Source of the DNA: Basidiobolus meristosporus CBS 931.73
Lineage: Eukaryota > Fungi > Basidiobolomycota
DNA: 64,000 nt
Assembly (NCBI GenBank): GCA_002104905.1
Contig: MCFE01000234.1
Span: 57,075-121,074 of the forward strand
Direction of reading: 5' to 3'
The notes under the pieces are model-generated. The model did not search any database. It worked only from the letters and a program-made list of their open reading frames with translations, and was not told the origin of the DNA. Positions 1 to 14,152 of this stretch are shown one piece after another (positions within the stretch are counted from its first letter, which is position 1; every line of letters starts with the position of its first letter). A program made the translations under genes and the position numbers.

Positions 1-23
1 AAATATATTTCATATTAAACTAG

Positions 24-1816
24 TGTGGTGGTGTATAAGTCCAAAGGGCAAAATACAGCCAACACTTCTCAAGTGTGTGTGTGTCAGTGGGATGTTCACC
101 TGGTGCAATAGCCTCTATCAAAAGCTTGCTAGGAATACTGGGTCTTCTATCTAATCTAATGTGAAGGGGGATAAAGCTTCAAGCTTGTCAAGGGAAAACT
201 ATTCAGCTACAATCCCCTACTTAGCTGGCATCTTAACAGAAGTTTATACTGGCTTCAATATCCTTTGAGATGACAGTGTACTAAAGCTTCCAAAGTCAGA
301 ACAACGGTAAACTCCGCCAAGAGGGACTTGATAACAATGTAGCTTTGACCAATAGTTACAAAGACTGAAAAGTATATTTGCCTGTACAAGAACAAACCTG
401 GTAATACAATCAAATATACTGAAATATAGCTACTCTGAGTATTCCTCACAAGTAGTGCCTCCAAGGTCAGTTGGCTATCAGCACAGTTTCCTGGGAGTAT
501 TGCCAGGTCTAAGTCAGAAAGTAGTGGTAATAGGTAGCAGTGATCTCACTAATCAATAAGTCAGAATATTGGAAGAGGGCATGATTTATTTGTAAGGGAT
601 AGCCTCCCTTGTATACTTTGTTTTCTGCTCAAATTCTTGCTAGGAAATAGACTTGTTCTGTTGGATAGTGCCACATTGAGCCATGAGTGCCAAATGATGC
701 CATAGTGTGCCAGAGAGGCCAAGTAAGCCTATACTTAGCAACAGAGTGTGAAACATAGATCTGCATCTTCATGCACAGCATCCCATGTGTCTCACCTATG
801 ATGCAGGAGAAATTCCTTTTTTTGACGTTTTTTTGTGGATCAATATTGTGCAGGATGTGCAAGAGCACTAAAGGATTGAAGATATACTTCTGGTACTCAA
901 GACCCATGGCACTCTGAATCTAGCTCCTGTGGCTTGTAACATGTCACAAAAATGCATGGCACTATCTTGGTCCACTGGTACTATCTGGCACTATATTTAA
1001 ATATTAGCCCTAAAGTAAGATCAATACAAAGCACTTATAGTGCCAGAGAGTATCAGTGGACCAAGATAGTGCCATGCATTTTTGTGACATGTTACAAGCC
1101 ACAGGAGCTAGATTCAGAGTGCCATGGGTATTGAGTACCAGATGTGTATCTTCAGTCCTTGAGTGCTCTTGCACATCCTGTACAACATTGACCTAAAAAA
1201 AGGTCAAAAAATGGATTTTCTCCATCACAATGATTGAGACACAGGGGCTGCTTTGCATGAAGATGCAGATCTATGTTTCACACTCTGTGGCCAAGTGTAG
1301 GCTCACTTGGCCTCCCTGGCACACTATGGCAACATTTGGCACTTGTGACTCAATGTGGTACTATCCAACAGAACAAGTCTAATACTTTCCAGAAGTTTCT
1401 GGAAGGTAGTAAAGTGCCAATCATGTAATTGTGTACTAAAAATAGCACAAATTCTTGTGGTTGCTCCATGTGACATAGTAGTACCTAGCCAATCAGATAG
1501 TGGTAATATGAAACCTCAGTGTCATGTAGTTAAGAGGGTTATGAAACCAGGATGGTCACATGACATAGGCACTATTGGAGGTACTTGCCTTATTTGGAGA
1601 CTATCTTATCATGGCATCTTAGCAAGGAATAGGATCAGATTGTGCAATGAATTAATAGTGGCACATAGTTTGCCAGGACACGTAATAATAATCACATCAA
1701 CAGATAGAAAATATTGCAATTTGGGATGATACTGATATAGGGGTGATTCTTTTTAGGGCAGTGAACATATGGGAATGAGCATATCTGCTTGTGGGTGTTG
1801 CTGTGACCCCACTACA
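24..1816. mobile_element. Solo LTR, family B (~1.06 kb without the nested foldback element)
   Basis: Ends are TGTGGTGG...CCACTACA with 4-bp flanks ctag/ccag. A homologous copy lies at 13082-14152. Confidence 0.7.
649..1380. mobile_element. Foldback/MITE-like element, 732 bp, ~345-bp inverted arms
   Basis: Ends are AGACTTGTTC...GAACAAGTCT. The arms are reverse complements around a ~40-bp spacer. 3-bp TSD AAT (646-648 and 1381-1383). Confidence 0.9.
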
Positions 1817-3872
1817 CCAGGTTGATTCCAATATACTGCTTTAAACTATCTTGATCTGTCCCTATGGTCCCTGTACCAAGTCTTACTTCATCTTTAGTGC
1901 AACCCAGGTAAATCCTGTCCCCAGCACACCTATATGGTCTAGATCAGAAAAGACAAAGTGGGATCTGCTCAAATTCCTGCCAAAAAATTTCAGTATGGCC
2001 CAAGTGTCTATGAAGAGCCTTCATACAGATATTTGAGCGCTACTCATTAGTCTAGCAGTACTTAGTACCTCAGAGAGCTGACAGAATTGGAAGATCTTGA
2101 GTCAAAAACAATGGCATGAATTTCACATCAAGATGCCAGCAGTTGTATGTAAGAATGCATAAAACAAACCCTACAAAAAGTAATTGCTCCTAGAGGTGGA
2201 TCCAATTAATATCAGCCATTACAATCCCTTCAGGAGACCATTACAGTACCAGCAGCTTGGAAAATGACCTTCCACACAATCTTATGAAGGGATCATGATA
2301 GTGTTTGGCCAATTTTAAAGCCAAATAAAGTTAAAAGCATTACAGTACTTAGGCAGTGTGTTGCCAGGGGCACATGGCATTGTTGCAGTCTTCATATGCT
2401 CAACAACTTTTTGAGTGGATCACCTGCAGGTACATCCAATTTCCTTATGTGGCAGAAACTTGACAGGGTTAGCAGGCCTCATTGCTAGCCTCTAATGGTA
2501 GTGTAATGGCATTATGGTGGCCTATAGTTAGCTCTGTATAATGTTACTGTACCAATTTAGCAAATGATATTTCCTTTTTCTACCTCCCCTTGTGCAATTT
2601 GTATATTCCACTATAGAGCTGCCCCTCTTTACTTGCTATCCATGACTACCTTGGGTATTCCACATATAGCTTGAATCTAAAAATACTATTGCCTCTTGCC
2701 TTCCCTATGAGAAATAATTTGGTCCTGCAGGTGGATCCAATCAGATCAGCTGTCTGGATCCTACTAAGAGACCATCATAAAATCAGCAGCTTAGGATCAG
2801 TGACCCGCTTAACAATCTTATGACAGGATCATGACAGTGTTTTGCTACTTTACTACCAAATAAAGTTATAAAACTTGATGGGGTTTAAATGGTGCTGTGA
2901 TAATAACTGCATGGTATTGTTGCGGTCTTATTACGCTCCACAACTATTGCAAATGGATCCAACTGGCCAAGACATCTAGTTGCCTTATATGGCAAGAAAC
3001 CTGATGGTATTTTGACAAGTTCTAAGTATGACTCTGATGGCATTATATTGGCAGTACGGCAGCCTACAGCTGGTTCAGTATAATGCAGCCATACCAATCT
3101 ACCCAATGGTATTTCCTTTTTCTACCTCCCCTTGTGCAGTTCATATATTCCACTATGGAGTCCCCCCTCTTAATTTGCTTACCCCCTACTACCTTTGCCA
3201 TTCCACATATAGCTCAAATCAAAAAAAACCTATGGCCTCCTGCATACTAATCTCTACAAATGCACATACCTGCAACGATTGACATACTTCTATCACCTCA
3301 ACTTTATGGATTTTAGTGTAGTACTTGCAAAGTTGCCATATATGTTGTACTGCTGGTTATATACACATCATGCAAGCATATGCTTGGTTGCTGCAACAAC
3401 TGCTATAATTAACTCCTGAACATCTGCAAAGAACTTCTTGGAATTTAGCCAATATATTCCTTCTCTCAGCTGGATTCTAGTCCCCCTTATAGGTGCACTC
3501 AGGCTCTTGTTTGTATGAGTTCTATATGCAATGGTGTAGAAATAGGCTTGTGATCAAAAGAAATTCAGCATATCTTGGTGGAGTTTTCCTAATAAAATTC
3601 AGTTGCTTGTTGCACCCAACCCAACATTGCATTACATATCTGACTACCCATGCATTGGGGCTGCTTAGCTTCTCAATGTCATAGGCATAGGTGTCTCCAT
3701 GTGTACATTTGTCCTCAGTATTGTCCAACTCTTCCTGGCTGTCCTCCATGTGCCAAATTATCATATCCATGACAGACTTGAAGGTAATATTCTTGATGAA
3801 ATTGGGATATGGTAGTACCTGCAACTTGGCTTGTCTTCCTATCTCCCCACACATCCACTACATAGAAAACTC

Positions 3873-6800
3873 CTAAAAGGTGAGGCAAGGCCCAATATTT
3901 TCCACATGCCATGCAAGATGGAGTAGAGAATAGATACAGTGGCAGCAGAGATCTATGCATTCAGCTTTATGTTGGTAATATACCTGCTCATATCCTGTTA
4001 CAAACTCCTGGCACAACAGCAATAGATGAGTCAAGTTGGCATTGGTTATCCACTTCTGGTTAAATAGTCCTACAATGTCCACATATGACTCCCAATGCTT
4101 CCAATGTACTCTTGGTAGGAATGGCTTCAGAACACCACTTGAAAAAATATATATCCAGTTCATCCAGTCTTTGCATTTGTATTGTTGCATATGCATATGA
4201 ATATTGATTGGAGTCTGTGAGAAGTACCTAGGGTGGAAGATACTCTGTAATATCTTGCCAATTCTTTCAAATTTCTCTGGTATCTCAAAGGGCTGATTTA
4301 GCTTGAAATGCCCCATGTACAACTTGGTCATCAGTATAGGGATACTGTTGATAAGCAAAAGCATTGCTCCCAGTGGAAAGCTTTTGTCCCAACAGATACC
4401 CTCTACCTTAAGTATCTCTGGTTTCCAATTGATCCCATATTCTGGCCAATGGCTTATAGCTTGCTAACTTTGCTGCAATTGCATGCTGACTTCTGTACAT
4501 TGTCTCTGTGGAAAGATGATGCTCTTAGTGCTAGTGCTTGGGTAATAATAATGTGTGTGGGTTATGGAATAAATCCTCTGGCTCTCACACATTGAACAGC
4601 AATACCATCCGTTGTGCCTGGAAAAACCTGCTATCTTCCTGATAGCTGGGGTATCTGTGGTAATGGAAAGTATTCCATTACTACAATATCTCTTAACCAA
4701 TATTGCACTCATTTCTTTATTTTGCCTTTTGCTATTGTAACACCCAAGTGAAAGATCAAGAATTTCCAACTTTGAAGAACAAACGCTCCAGACTCTGACA
4801 AGCAATCCACCCAAAAATATTACGTCATACAGAACACATGGTAGTCAACACATGTTTTAAATTACAGCTCATTTGAAGCAGTACCTCAGGAGTTATGACT
4901 AAAAGAGTTCAATTATTATATATACTATGCCTTATTGCTAGCATTACTATGGTGACTTTAATTGCATGTAACTTTTGAACCAGCAAATTAAATCACGTGA
5001 AATCTTCATAGGTGCTGCGCCTATATCCAATCTGTGCAAATGCAAAATTTCAGCTTTATATCACATGTATTGCTTGCGCAATTGCTCAAAAACTTTGATC
5101 CTTCAAGATTTTCATATATATGACTTCCCCAGCTGAAAAATAAAGGGAGAGTCTCTCTTTCCAGAATCTCCACACTACAATTACAAGTTTAAAGGTTATA
5201 AGACTTCCCCTGCATCACTTGCACTGTTGAGTATTATGACTTTGATTGGTACTACATCAGTAAAGAGACCATAAAGCTCACAAGAGTCCAATCTAAGTTC
5301 TACAAGAAACTACCACTTTTCTGTTGGAAAAGTCCCCTCTAAGAAGCCCCCTTTACTCTAAAGACCCCTTTAGACACCCCTTTAGGAAACCCCTTTACTC
5401 TAAAGAAACCCCTTTAGGCACCCCTTTAGTGTAAATCCACTTTAGAGACCACTACAACAAGTCCCTTTACTCTAATGACACCCCTTTAGGCTAAAGGGGA
5501 GTTCAGAACTTCCATATTAGGAAATGTTCTCTGAAAGGAAAGTGACTTCAAATAAGGAAAAGTTACTAAAAAGTAAATAAGCCCGTTAGTCAACAGAAGG
5601 TCAGAACACTGCTGTCAAAGTGATAAACACTGCCTACAGTATATTTTGAGCCTAAGATTGAGGAAATTAGCAAAAGTTATATCTTCTATTGGTATATCAA
5701 ACTCCCAATAAACTATCTCAGTATTAGCATACTGAAAGTAGTTGTATATTGTTAATTAGCTACATTGTAGAACAAGCCTCAAGCTAATCATAATACAACA
5801 CAACATATCTCCAATGCAGATGATAATATTTGCTTTACATGACAGCCATTCACTGTTATCCTGCTGGAAAGCATACAAAATTCATCCAGCAATGAATACA
5901 GGTAGCTATTCAGGTTGGGCAGTGATCTAGGCCCAAATTCCAGTAAGACTACCATCAGATTATTACTCTGATACTGCAAGATGGGTAGCATATTCAGATT
6001 GATGAAATTTAGTGGCCAGCAGGATTTGCGGGTAGAATACTTGTTCAATGAGAATCCATCAAGTACTAAGGCAAAGACATGGTCAGACATATCTTCAAAG
6101 TAGCCCTAGCTTCTTATCTCTTTGTAATGTTTGCCATCAAATATATTGGATGTGTTTGTGCTTGATTGATACTGAGTGCAGTACTGTATAGCTTTGCAAT
6201 ATTTGTTGGACTGCATCAGCTTCTTCAGACAGGGTATTACCAGACTATATCTGGAGTGCAAACAATGTTTTCCCTCAAAGGTGGTGGGTCCCTGACAATT
6301 TGGACACGTTACAATGGTAGCATTTTCTGATGTGAATGCCATGCAACTGTTAATGCATGCTGGAATCAGGACAGTCTCTGGATCATATGTTGCCAGCCAC
6401 ATGATGGTTATCCACTTGTACCATATACAGAGTAGGTTGCATCCAGGAATGACTTTGGCAAGAAGTAGTAATAAATCCTCAAAGCCCCCATTACTGATAT
6501 TAGAGGAAACTTACCACATCTCTGGCCACAACATTACATCATTTGCCAGTAGATAGATTACTGGGCTCTCTTGGCTCTATAAAGTATCCTTAGCATTTGT
6601 TTTAACAGGTGCATTGCATATTGGGATTAGACTGGGCTCATACATGGTATTGTTGCTAGGGAAGATAGGCTCCCAATCCATCAGTAAACCTTTGTTGTCA
6701 GAGCTATTGCTCAGCATGCTATATTCAGAAGGCTGAAGTGAGCCTAAAGGTGTCACAAACCCACCTGACTAAGTTTGCGCAAGGTGACAAAGATGGCAAG

Positions 6801-7140
6801 GTGCCAATATCAAAGTATCAACTAGCCAGCAAAATAATATTGGTACAGCAGCAACCAATGAATGGTCAAATATGACTTGTGTGGCAAAATACTGGCCCTG
6901 ATCCTTGTAATCCTTCCTTGTAATTCTTCCTATGCTGTCTGCGTGCTTCATGGCTGCGCAGCTTACTACAATAGCCACATGGTCTTTTTTCTCTTCTCTT
7001 ATAGCATTGAGTCAAAGTAGTCTTGTCCATAGGGCAAACAGTTTGACCTTCAACAACATAACTATATTGTATCACTTTCTGGCCAATACTCATGTGAACT
7101 TAAGACAGTCTTGTATTTGAGACATTGCACCTACATGAAT
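3873..7140 (-). pseudogene. CACTA/EnSpm (Tnp2-like) transposase pseudogene, split by a solo LTR
   Basis: Motifs in order: CINSCMAFT..CPNC, LDGF..SCWPLNFINLNM..GP, DTPAIRKIAGF..CCSMC, SLLHLA..IGP. Many stops and frameshifts. Confidence 0.8.
4656..5805. mobile_element. Solo LTR, family A, copy 1 (1150 bp)
   Basis: Ends are TGTGGTAATGG...ACAACACAACA with 4-bp TSD TATC. It interrupts the transposase. Confidence 0.85.
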
Positions 7141-7975
7141 CTAAGATTCAATGGTGACCTGCCATAGTAAGTGTTATAAATAAAGTAGTGGCACCACATA
7201 CACATGTATATGTAACACTATTTCCCCTTTGTTTTGACTCACTTCCATATATATGCCACCAAAAAAGTAAAGCAAAGTTTTCTGGTCCCCAACCAAGCCC
7301 CACTACTGACAACAACAGAAGAATGATTAGACAACAGCTAGATTTGATAATCCATGCAACAAGCAGGGCTACACCCAAAAAAGACCATGTTGACAGTTAG
7401 CCCACTGAAGGTAATAATGCGGACTCCTCAGGCTCTGAGTCATATAGGTAACTGAGAACCTCTGCAGAGCCACAAGCTGATTGTTATGATCAGGCAGGTG
7501 AGAATGTAGCAAATGCATAGCCTGTCATAACTACAGTAGAGAGCTCAAAACAGGCAGAAAAGAAACATCTAGTTGCCAGAAGAGTGCCAGAAAGGGATAA
7601 GCAGGCCAAAACAGGTGCATCAGAGCAGAGTTTATCAAGGAGAAAACATAGTTCATTACAGGAAGCACTCAGACAAAGTAGCAGTGAATGACCTGGCAGT
7701 GATATAGTAAAAGGTAAAGGGAAAAACGTCTACCTAAGCCTGAGACAGGGAGGCAGGAAAAAAGAACTGCAGTTCTTGCCAATTAGCACTGCAAGCCTGG
7801 AACAGACTTAATCCCTTCATAGCAAGAATAATTACCAACAAGAAAACAGCTGTCTTCACAGGTGTTGGAAGCACAACCAGATAAGCTATACTCCAGAAAA
7901 GTAGATGACTTTGCAGAAAAGAGCAATTTGTCTACAACAACCTCCATATTTTTGATTGTTGACAGAGTGGAGATC

Positions 7976-9060
7976 TGTGGTAATGGAAAGTATTTCATTA
8001 CTACAATATCTCAAAACAAATATTGCACTCATTTCTTTATTTTGCTTTTTGCTATCATAACAGACAGGTGAAAGATCAAGAATTTACAACTTTGAAGAAC
8101 AAATACTCCAGACCCTGCCAAGATATCCACCCAAGAATATTATGTCATACAGCACATGCAGTAGCCAGCACATATTTCAAGTCACAGCTTATTTGATGCA
8201 GTACATAAGGAGTTATGACCAAAAGAGTCCAATCTTTATATACACCAGGTCACTATTGCTAGGATTACTATGGCAACTTTGATTGTGTGTAACTTTTGGA
8301 CCAGCCAATCAAATCACATGATATTTTCACAAGCGCAGAGCCTATATCCAAGCTGCACTACTGCCAAATCTTAGCTTTGTATCACATGTTTTGCTTTTGA
8401 AGCAGCCAAAAACTTTGATCTATCAGAGATTTCATTTATATGACTTCCCCAGCTGAAAAATAAAGGAGAGCCTCTCTTTCCAAAATCTCCACACTGCTAT
8501 TACAAGTTTAAAGGTTATATAACTTCCCCTGCATCACTTGCACTGTTGAGTATTCTGACTTTAATAAGTACTACATCAGTAAAGAGATTGCAAAGCTCAC
8601 AAGAATCCAATCTAAGTTCTACAAGAAAATACCACTTTTCTGTTGGAAAAGTCCTCTCTAAGAAGCCCCTTTACTCTAAAGACACCCCTTTAGGTCTAAA
8701 GACCCCCTTCAGAGACTTCTACAACGCACTCATTTGGGTTAAAGGGGAGTTCAGAGTTTCCGTAATTGGAAGTATTTTCTTGGAAAGAAAAGTGACTTCC
8801 AAATAAGCAAAGGTTACTGTAAAAGTAAATAAGCACATTAGTCAATAGAAGGTCAGAACACTGCTGTAGAAGTGAGAAACTCTGCCTATAGTATATTTTG
8901 AGTCTAAGATTGGGGATATTAGTGAAAGTTATTTATTCTATTGGTATATCAGACTCCCAGTAAACTATTTCAGTATTAGCATACTGGAAGTTGTTGTGTA
9001 TTGTGGATTAGTCTCTACCATGTAGAGCAAGCCCCAAACTAATCATAATACAACACAACA
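7976..9060. mobile_element. Solo LTR, family A, copy 2 (1085 bp)
   Basis: Same termini, TSD GATC. The empty site gagtggagatcccactgg is visible at 19685-19702. Confidence 0.9.
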
Positions 9061-9364
9061 GATCCCACTGGAATACAAGGCTACAATGTCAAGAGCTCAA
9101 AAGACTATCACAATGCCTTCAGTGGAGTTGTGGAACATTTATAGGCACACCAAGTGGTTGCAGCACTTCTTCATGAGCAGTGCTCAAGAAACTGCACTGG
9201 AATAATGCAAGGATTCATTGCAAAGACTGGCAGATGAGGTGCTTAACCTTGCAGTGCTGGCTGAAGACCAGGATGTGTGGGGACCAGCAAGTGAACAGTG
9301 GCGTAAAGCTGTTGGGTTTCTGCTAAAGTTGTGGAACCAGTGTGTTACAGCAGAAGCACTTATT

Positions 9365-9545
9365 AGACTTGTTCCATTGTGCTCTTGATCATAGTGCCAG
9401 AGAGTGCTGAATATTCTGTTATTAATTTGATATTTCAGGGTCATATGCATATCAATGTTGATCCCAAATTGGCACTGTATGGCACCATCTGGCACACTGT
9501 GGCACTATTGGGCGCTACATTCAGCTCAAAAGATGGAACAAGTCT
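9365..9545. mobile_element. 181-bp MITE with AGACTTG termini (foldback family relative)
   Basis: Ends are AGACTTGTTCCAT...ATGGAACAAGTCT with TSD ATT. An uninterrupted homologous site exists in the copy near 12380 (reverse strand). Confidence 0.75.
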
Positions 9546-10144
9546 ATTAAGTGGTGGATATTAAAGGAGTTACTTTGAGTGTGGGGTTGGGCTTAATGTT
9601 ATTGTAGTGTATAGGGACTTGCATTGGTCAAAACAATTGGCAATTGAGGTAAAACTGCAGTTTCAATGGAAATAAATCAATTTGTATGAATGAAAGGTAA
9701 GAGAGACAGTTAAGTCAGGAAGTAAGGAGTGTGAAAAAGAGGCAATAGCCAATCAATGCACACAAATGTAGGAGGTGATAGAGTGCCCAGGATCACAAAG
9801 TGAGCAAATTGGCAGAAAACCAATCAAAAGCCACTTATACATTGTTGTGATGAAAAATTTTGACTAAGTTTTTTGTGAAATCTGGTTTGCAATTATTTTT
9901 CAACCATCTCTGGACAGTGTCCTGATAGGATCAGTACCTCTTAGTCACAGGACTGTAACTTTGTGATGGCCTTTTGATTGAATCATTACAGTAGTTTTCA
10001 TAAGGCTTACTAACCTCTACAAGCACACACACCTGCTGCAATTGGCATACTTCAATGACATTGGCTTTACCGCTTTTTAGTGTGATACTTGCCAGGTTGT
10101 CATATACCTTGTATTGCTGCAAATAAATGTATCTTGCAAACATA

Positions 10145-10878
10145 AGACTTGTTCCATTGGATAGTGCCACATTGAGCCATGAGTGCCAAATGATGCCATA
10201 GTGTGCCAGAGAGGCCAAGTGAGCCTATACTTGGCCACATAGTGTGAAAAGTAGATCTGCATCCTCATGCAAAGCAGCCCCTGTGCTTCATCTATGATGC
10301 AGGAGAAAATCCATTTTTTGATGTTTTTTTGTAGATCAATATTGTGCAGGATGTGTAAGAGCACTAAAGGATTAAAGACATACATCTGGTACTCAAGACC
10401 CATGGCACTCTGAATCTAGCTCCTGCAGCTTGTAACATGTCACAAAAATGCATGGCACTATCTTGGTCCACTGGTACTATCAGGCACTATAATTAAATAT
10501 CAGCCCTAAAGTAAGATCAATACAAAGCACTTATAGTGCCGGATAGTACCAATGGACCAAGATAGTGCCATGCATTTTTGTGACATGTTACAAGCCACAG
10601 GAGCTAGATTCAGAGTGCCATGGGTATTGAGTACCAGATGCATATCTTCAATCCTTTTGTGCACTTGCAAATCCTGTACAACATTTACCAAAAAAAAAAG
10701 GTCAAAAATTGGATTTTTTCCATCACAATGAGTGAAACACAGGGGCTGCTTTGCATGAAGATGCAGAGCTGTGCTGCACACTCTGTGGCCAAGTGTAGGC
10801 TCACTTGGCCCCCCTGGCACACAATGGCATCATTTGGCACTCATGGCTCAATGTGGCACTATCCAATGGAACAAGTCT
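10145..10878. mobile_element. Foldback element, copy 2
   Basis: Same termini and spacer as copy 1, TSD ATA. The empty site is visible on the reverse strand at ~14255-14280. Confidence 0.9.
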
Positions 10879-11073
10879 ATATGCTTGGTTGTGCCACTGT
10901 AGCTACAAATACCTCCTGAATACTGGCAAAGAACTTTTTGATATTTTGCCAATAAGTTCCTTGTCCCTGCTGGATTCCAGTCCCATTTATAGGTGGGTTC
11001 TGACTCTTGTTTGTATGAGTTCCATAATGAATGGTGGAGAAATTGGCTTGTGACCAAGAGAAATCCAGCATAC

Positions 11074-11594
11074 TGTCATGCTCACATGACAACCATGAGC
11101 ACCCATGCCAAGTTTCAGCTTCTGAGCTCAATTTCTAAGAGATTCCTTCTGGAACCTTCTACCACCTTCCAGAAAGTTCCTGACCATTCCAAACCATTGT
11201 TACCCAATGGAACATTCCATGGAAGCTTCCCATTGTATTTTTCATAGTCCAGTACCATATATGGTAACTACATGTCACATGACCTAGTCCCATGATCAGC
11301 TGACCCCTTACATATCTCCATGTGATATTCCAGTCTGTTCTTTAGTATATTCTTTCTTGGCACACTTACTGTGCCTCACCCCAGAACCCCAACAGTATTA
11401 GCCAATATCTCTTGGCATCCATATTGCCAAAAAGTATATATAGTCCTATCCCCCCTTATGTATTCCTCAGTCTGATAAACACAGGTCTTGAATAAACAGC
11501 CTTGCCTTGAATCTTGTCTTGCCTAGATGGACCACACCTAAGTCCTTTCCTGCCGTGCCTATCTTTTCCTCCTGCCTTGTGTCTATTCATAACA
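11074..11594. mobile_element. Solo LTR, family C (521 bp)
   Basis: Ends are TGTCATG...CATAACA with 5-bp TSD CATAC. The empty site is homologous to ~3567-3580. Confidence 0.75.
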
Positions 11595-13081
11595 CATACC
11601 TTGGTAGAGCTTTTCTTTTAAAGATTAGTTGATTGTTGCACCCAACCCAACTTTGCTTTACTTAACTAATTAACCATGCATTGGGGCTGCTTAGCTTCCT
11701 AATGCCATAAACATTGGTGTCTCCATGTGCACATCTGCTCTCAGTATTATCCAGCTCTTCCTGGCTGCCCTCCATGTGCCAACTGATCACCTCCATGATG
11801 GACTTGAAGGTAATATTCATGATGAGATTGGGATATGGTAACATCAGCAACTTGACTTGTCTTGCTATCTTTCCACACTTCTGCTCCATAGGAAACACCC
11901 AAAAGGTGAAGCAAGGCCCAATATCCCTATTGGAAGTTATTGTGATGATCCCATCAAAGGGCCATAACAAGTTCTGCATCCCATGACTAAGAGGTATTGA
12001 TCCCATGAGGATACAGCGCAAAGAGAATTGCTAAACAATTGGACCCTAGATTTCACAAAAAACATGGTCAATATTTTTCATTGCAACAATACAAAAGTTG
12101 CTTTGGATTGGTTTTCTGCCAATTTTGTCACTTTCTGATCCCAAACACTCTATCACCTCCAAATTTTGTGTGCATTAATTAGCCATTGTCTCTTTTCCAC
12201 ACTCCTTACTTCATGACTCAACCTTTTCTCTTACTTTACATGCATGCAAATTGATTTACTTCATCTGAAACTCCACTTGTACCTCAATTGCTGATTGTAT
12301 TGACCTATACAAGTCCCTATACCCTATGCTGATATTAAACCCAACCCAACACTCAGCAAGCAACTCCATTAAAATCCACCACTCAATAAGCATTTCTGCC
12401 ATAACACTCTGTTTCCATGGTTTTGGCATGACCCCTACAGTGGTATGCCACTGTTCATTCACTGGTTCCCATATGTCCTGGTCTTCAGCCAGCACTGCAA
12501 GTTCTAGCACCTCATCTGCTAATCTTTGCAATAAATCCATGCAATATTCAAGTGCATTTTCTTGAGCACTGCTCTTGAAGTAGTGCTGCAACCTCTTGGT
12601 GTGCCCACTTATGTTCTAAGATTTCACTGAAGGCATTATAATAATCTTTTGAGTTCTTGATGCTTTTACTTTGTCTCTCAGTGGGATCTCCACTCTGTCA
12701 ACTATGAAAGACATGGAGGCAGTGGTTGAAAAATTGCCTTTCTCTGCAAAGTTTATTGCCTCACTGGAGTATGGCTTGACTGTCTGTGGTTCAAGCTCTT
12801 GTGGAAAAAGCTGCTTTCTAGCTGTTAGCCAGGAAAAGCTGGAAAATACTGAGGATAGATGTGCACATGGAGAAACCTATGCCTATGGCATTAAGAAGCT
12901 AACCCTACGTTGCTCCAATTCTTAGGTAATCAGTTAAGAAATGAAAAGTTGGGTTGGTGCAACAAGCAACTAATTTTTATTACAAAGATTCTACCAAGGT
13001 ATGCCAGAATTCTCTGGTCACAAGCCAATTTCTACACCATTCAATATAGAATTCACACAAACAAAAGCTAGAACACACCAA

Positions 13082-14152
13082 TGTGGTGGTGTATAGGTCC
13101 AAGGGAGAGATACGTCCAACACTTCTCAAGTGTTTTGTGTGTGGGGTGTTCACTGGGTGCAATAACCTCTGGCAAAAGCTTGCTAGGAATACTTGGGTTC
13201 TGTCTCTAATCTAATGTGAAGGGGAATAAAGCCACAAGCTTGTCAAGGGAAAACTATTGAGCTACAATCCCCAACTTAGTTGGCGTCTTAACAAAAGTAT
13301 GTGCTGGGTTCAGCGTCCTTTGAGATGACAATGTACTAAAGCTTCCAAAGTCAAAACAACTGTAAACTCCACCAGCAGGGACTTGATAAGAATGCAGCTT
13401 TGGTCAATAGTTACAAAGACAGAAAAGTATCTTTGCCTGTACAAGAACAAACTTGGGAAAGAATCAAATATAATAAAAGATACCTACTCTGAGTATTCCT
13501 CACAAGTAGTGCCTCCAAGGTCAGTTGGCTGTCAGCGCGGTTTCCTGGGAGTGTCCTGTGGTCTAGGGTTGGAAGTTCAGGTAGCAGCAGGTAGCAGTGA
13601 TCACACTAATCAACAAGTCGGTATATTGATAAAAGGGATGATGATTTATTGTTGAGGGATAGCCTCCCTTATATACTTTTCTCACTGGCTAAGTGATTAC
13701 TAATCATGGTGTTCCAGAAGGTTCCGGAGATCAATAGAAATCTTAATGACATCAGAATGACCTAAGAATGTTCTAAGTAGGTGCCGGAAGGTTCTAAGAG
13801 GCACAGCACATCCAACCAATCAGGAATCAGTATTCTGAAACCTGTGTAACATGGGGATACCATATATGGTATGGAAATGGTAGGCATGGTGACACGGGCT
13901 GATCATGTGTCATGGGTACTGGCATGGGTACTTGCCTAATATTGAAGTACTTATAGCTAGTAATCTTACATAAAGTGAGGGTTAACTTATGCAATAAGGT
14001 AAGCAGGTGTGATAGTCAACCGGCTTATGGGATAGTACTGATTGGGTAAGACAAATGGGATAAAACTAAAATAAGTGTAGTAGAGACATAGGGAAGTAGA
14101 AAATAAGGGAATGAGCACATCTGTCAGTGGGTGTCACTGTCACCCCACTACA
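13082..14152. mobile_element. Solo LTR, family B, copy 2 (1071 bp)
   Basis: Ends are TGTGGTGG...CCACTACA. TSD ccaa/ccga differs by one CpG-type transition. Confidence 0.75.

Larger units (their letters stand above)
2703..10005 (-). mobile_element. Complete but decayed CMC (CACTA/EnSpm-like) DNA transposon
   Basis: Ends are CCCTATGAGAAA...TTTTCATAAGG with 3-bp TSD CTT (2700-2702 and 10006-10008). It carries a transposase remnant on the minus strand and a divergent second ORF remnant on the plus strand. Confidence 0.75.

Noticed and set aside
629-1380. Recurring 90-110 aa ORFs (MGLEYQ..TWPLWHTMASFGTHGSMWHYP)
   Set aside because: They are translations of the foldback arms, appear on both strands because of the palindrome, and have variable stops.
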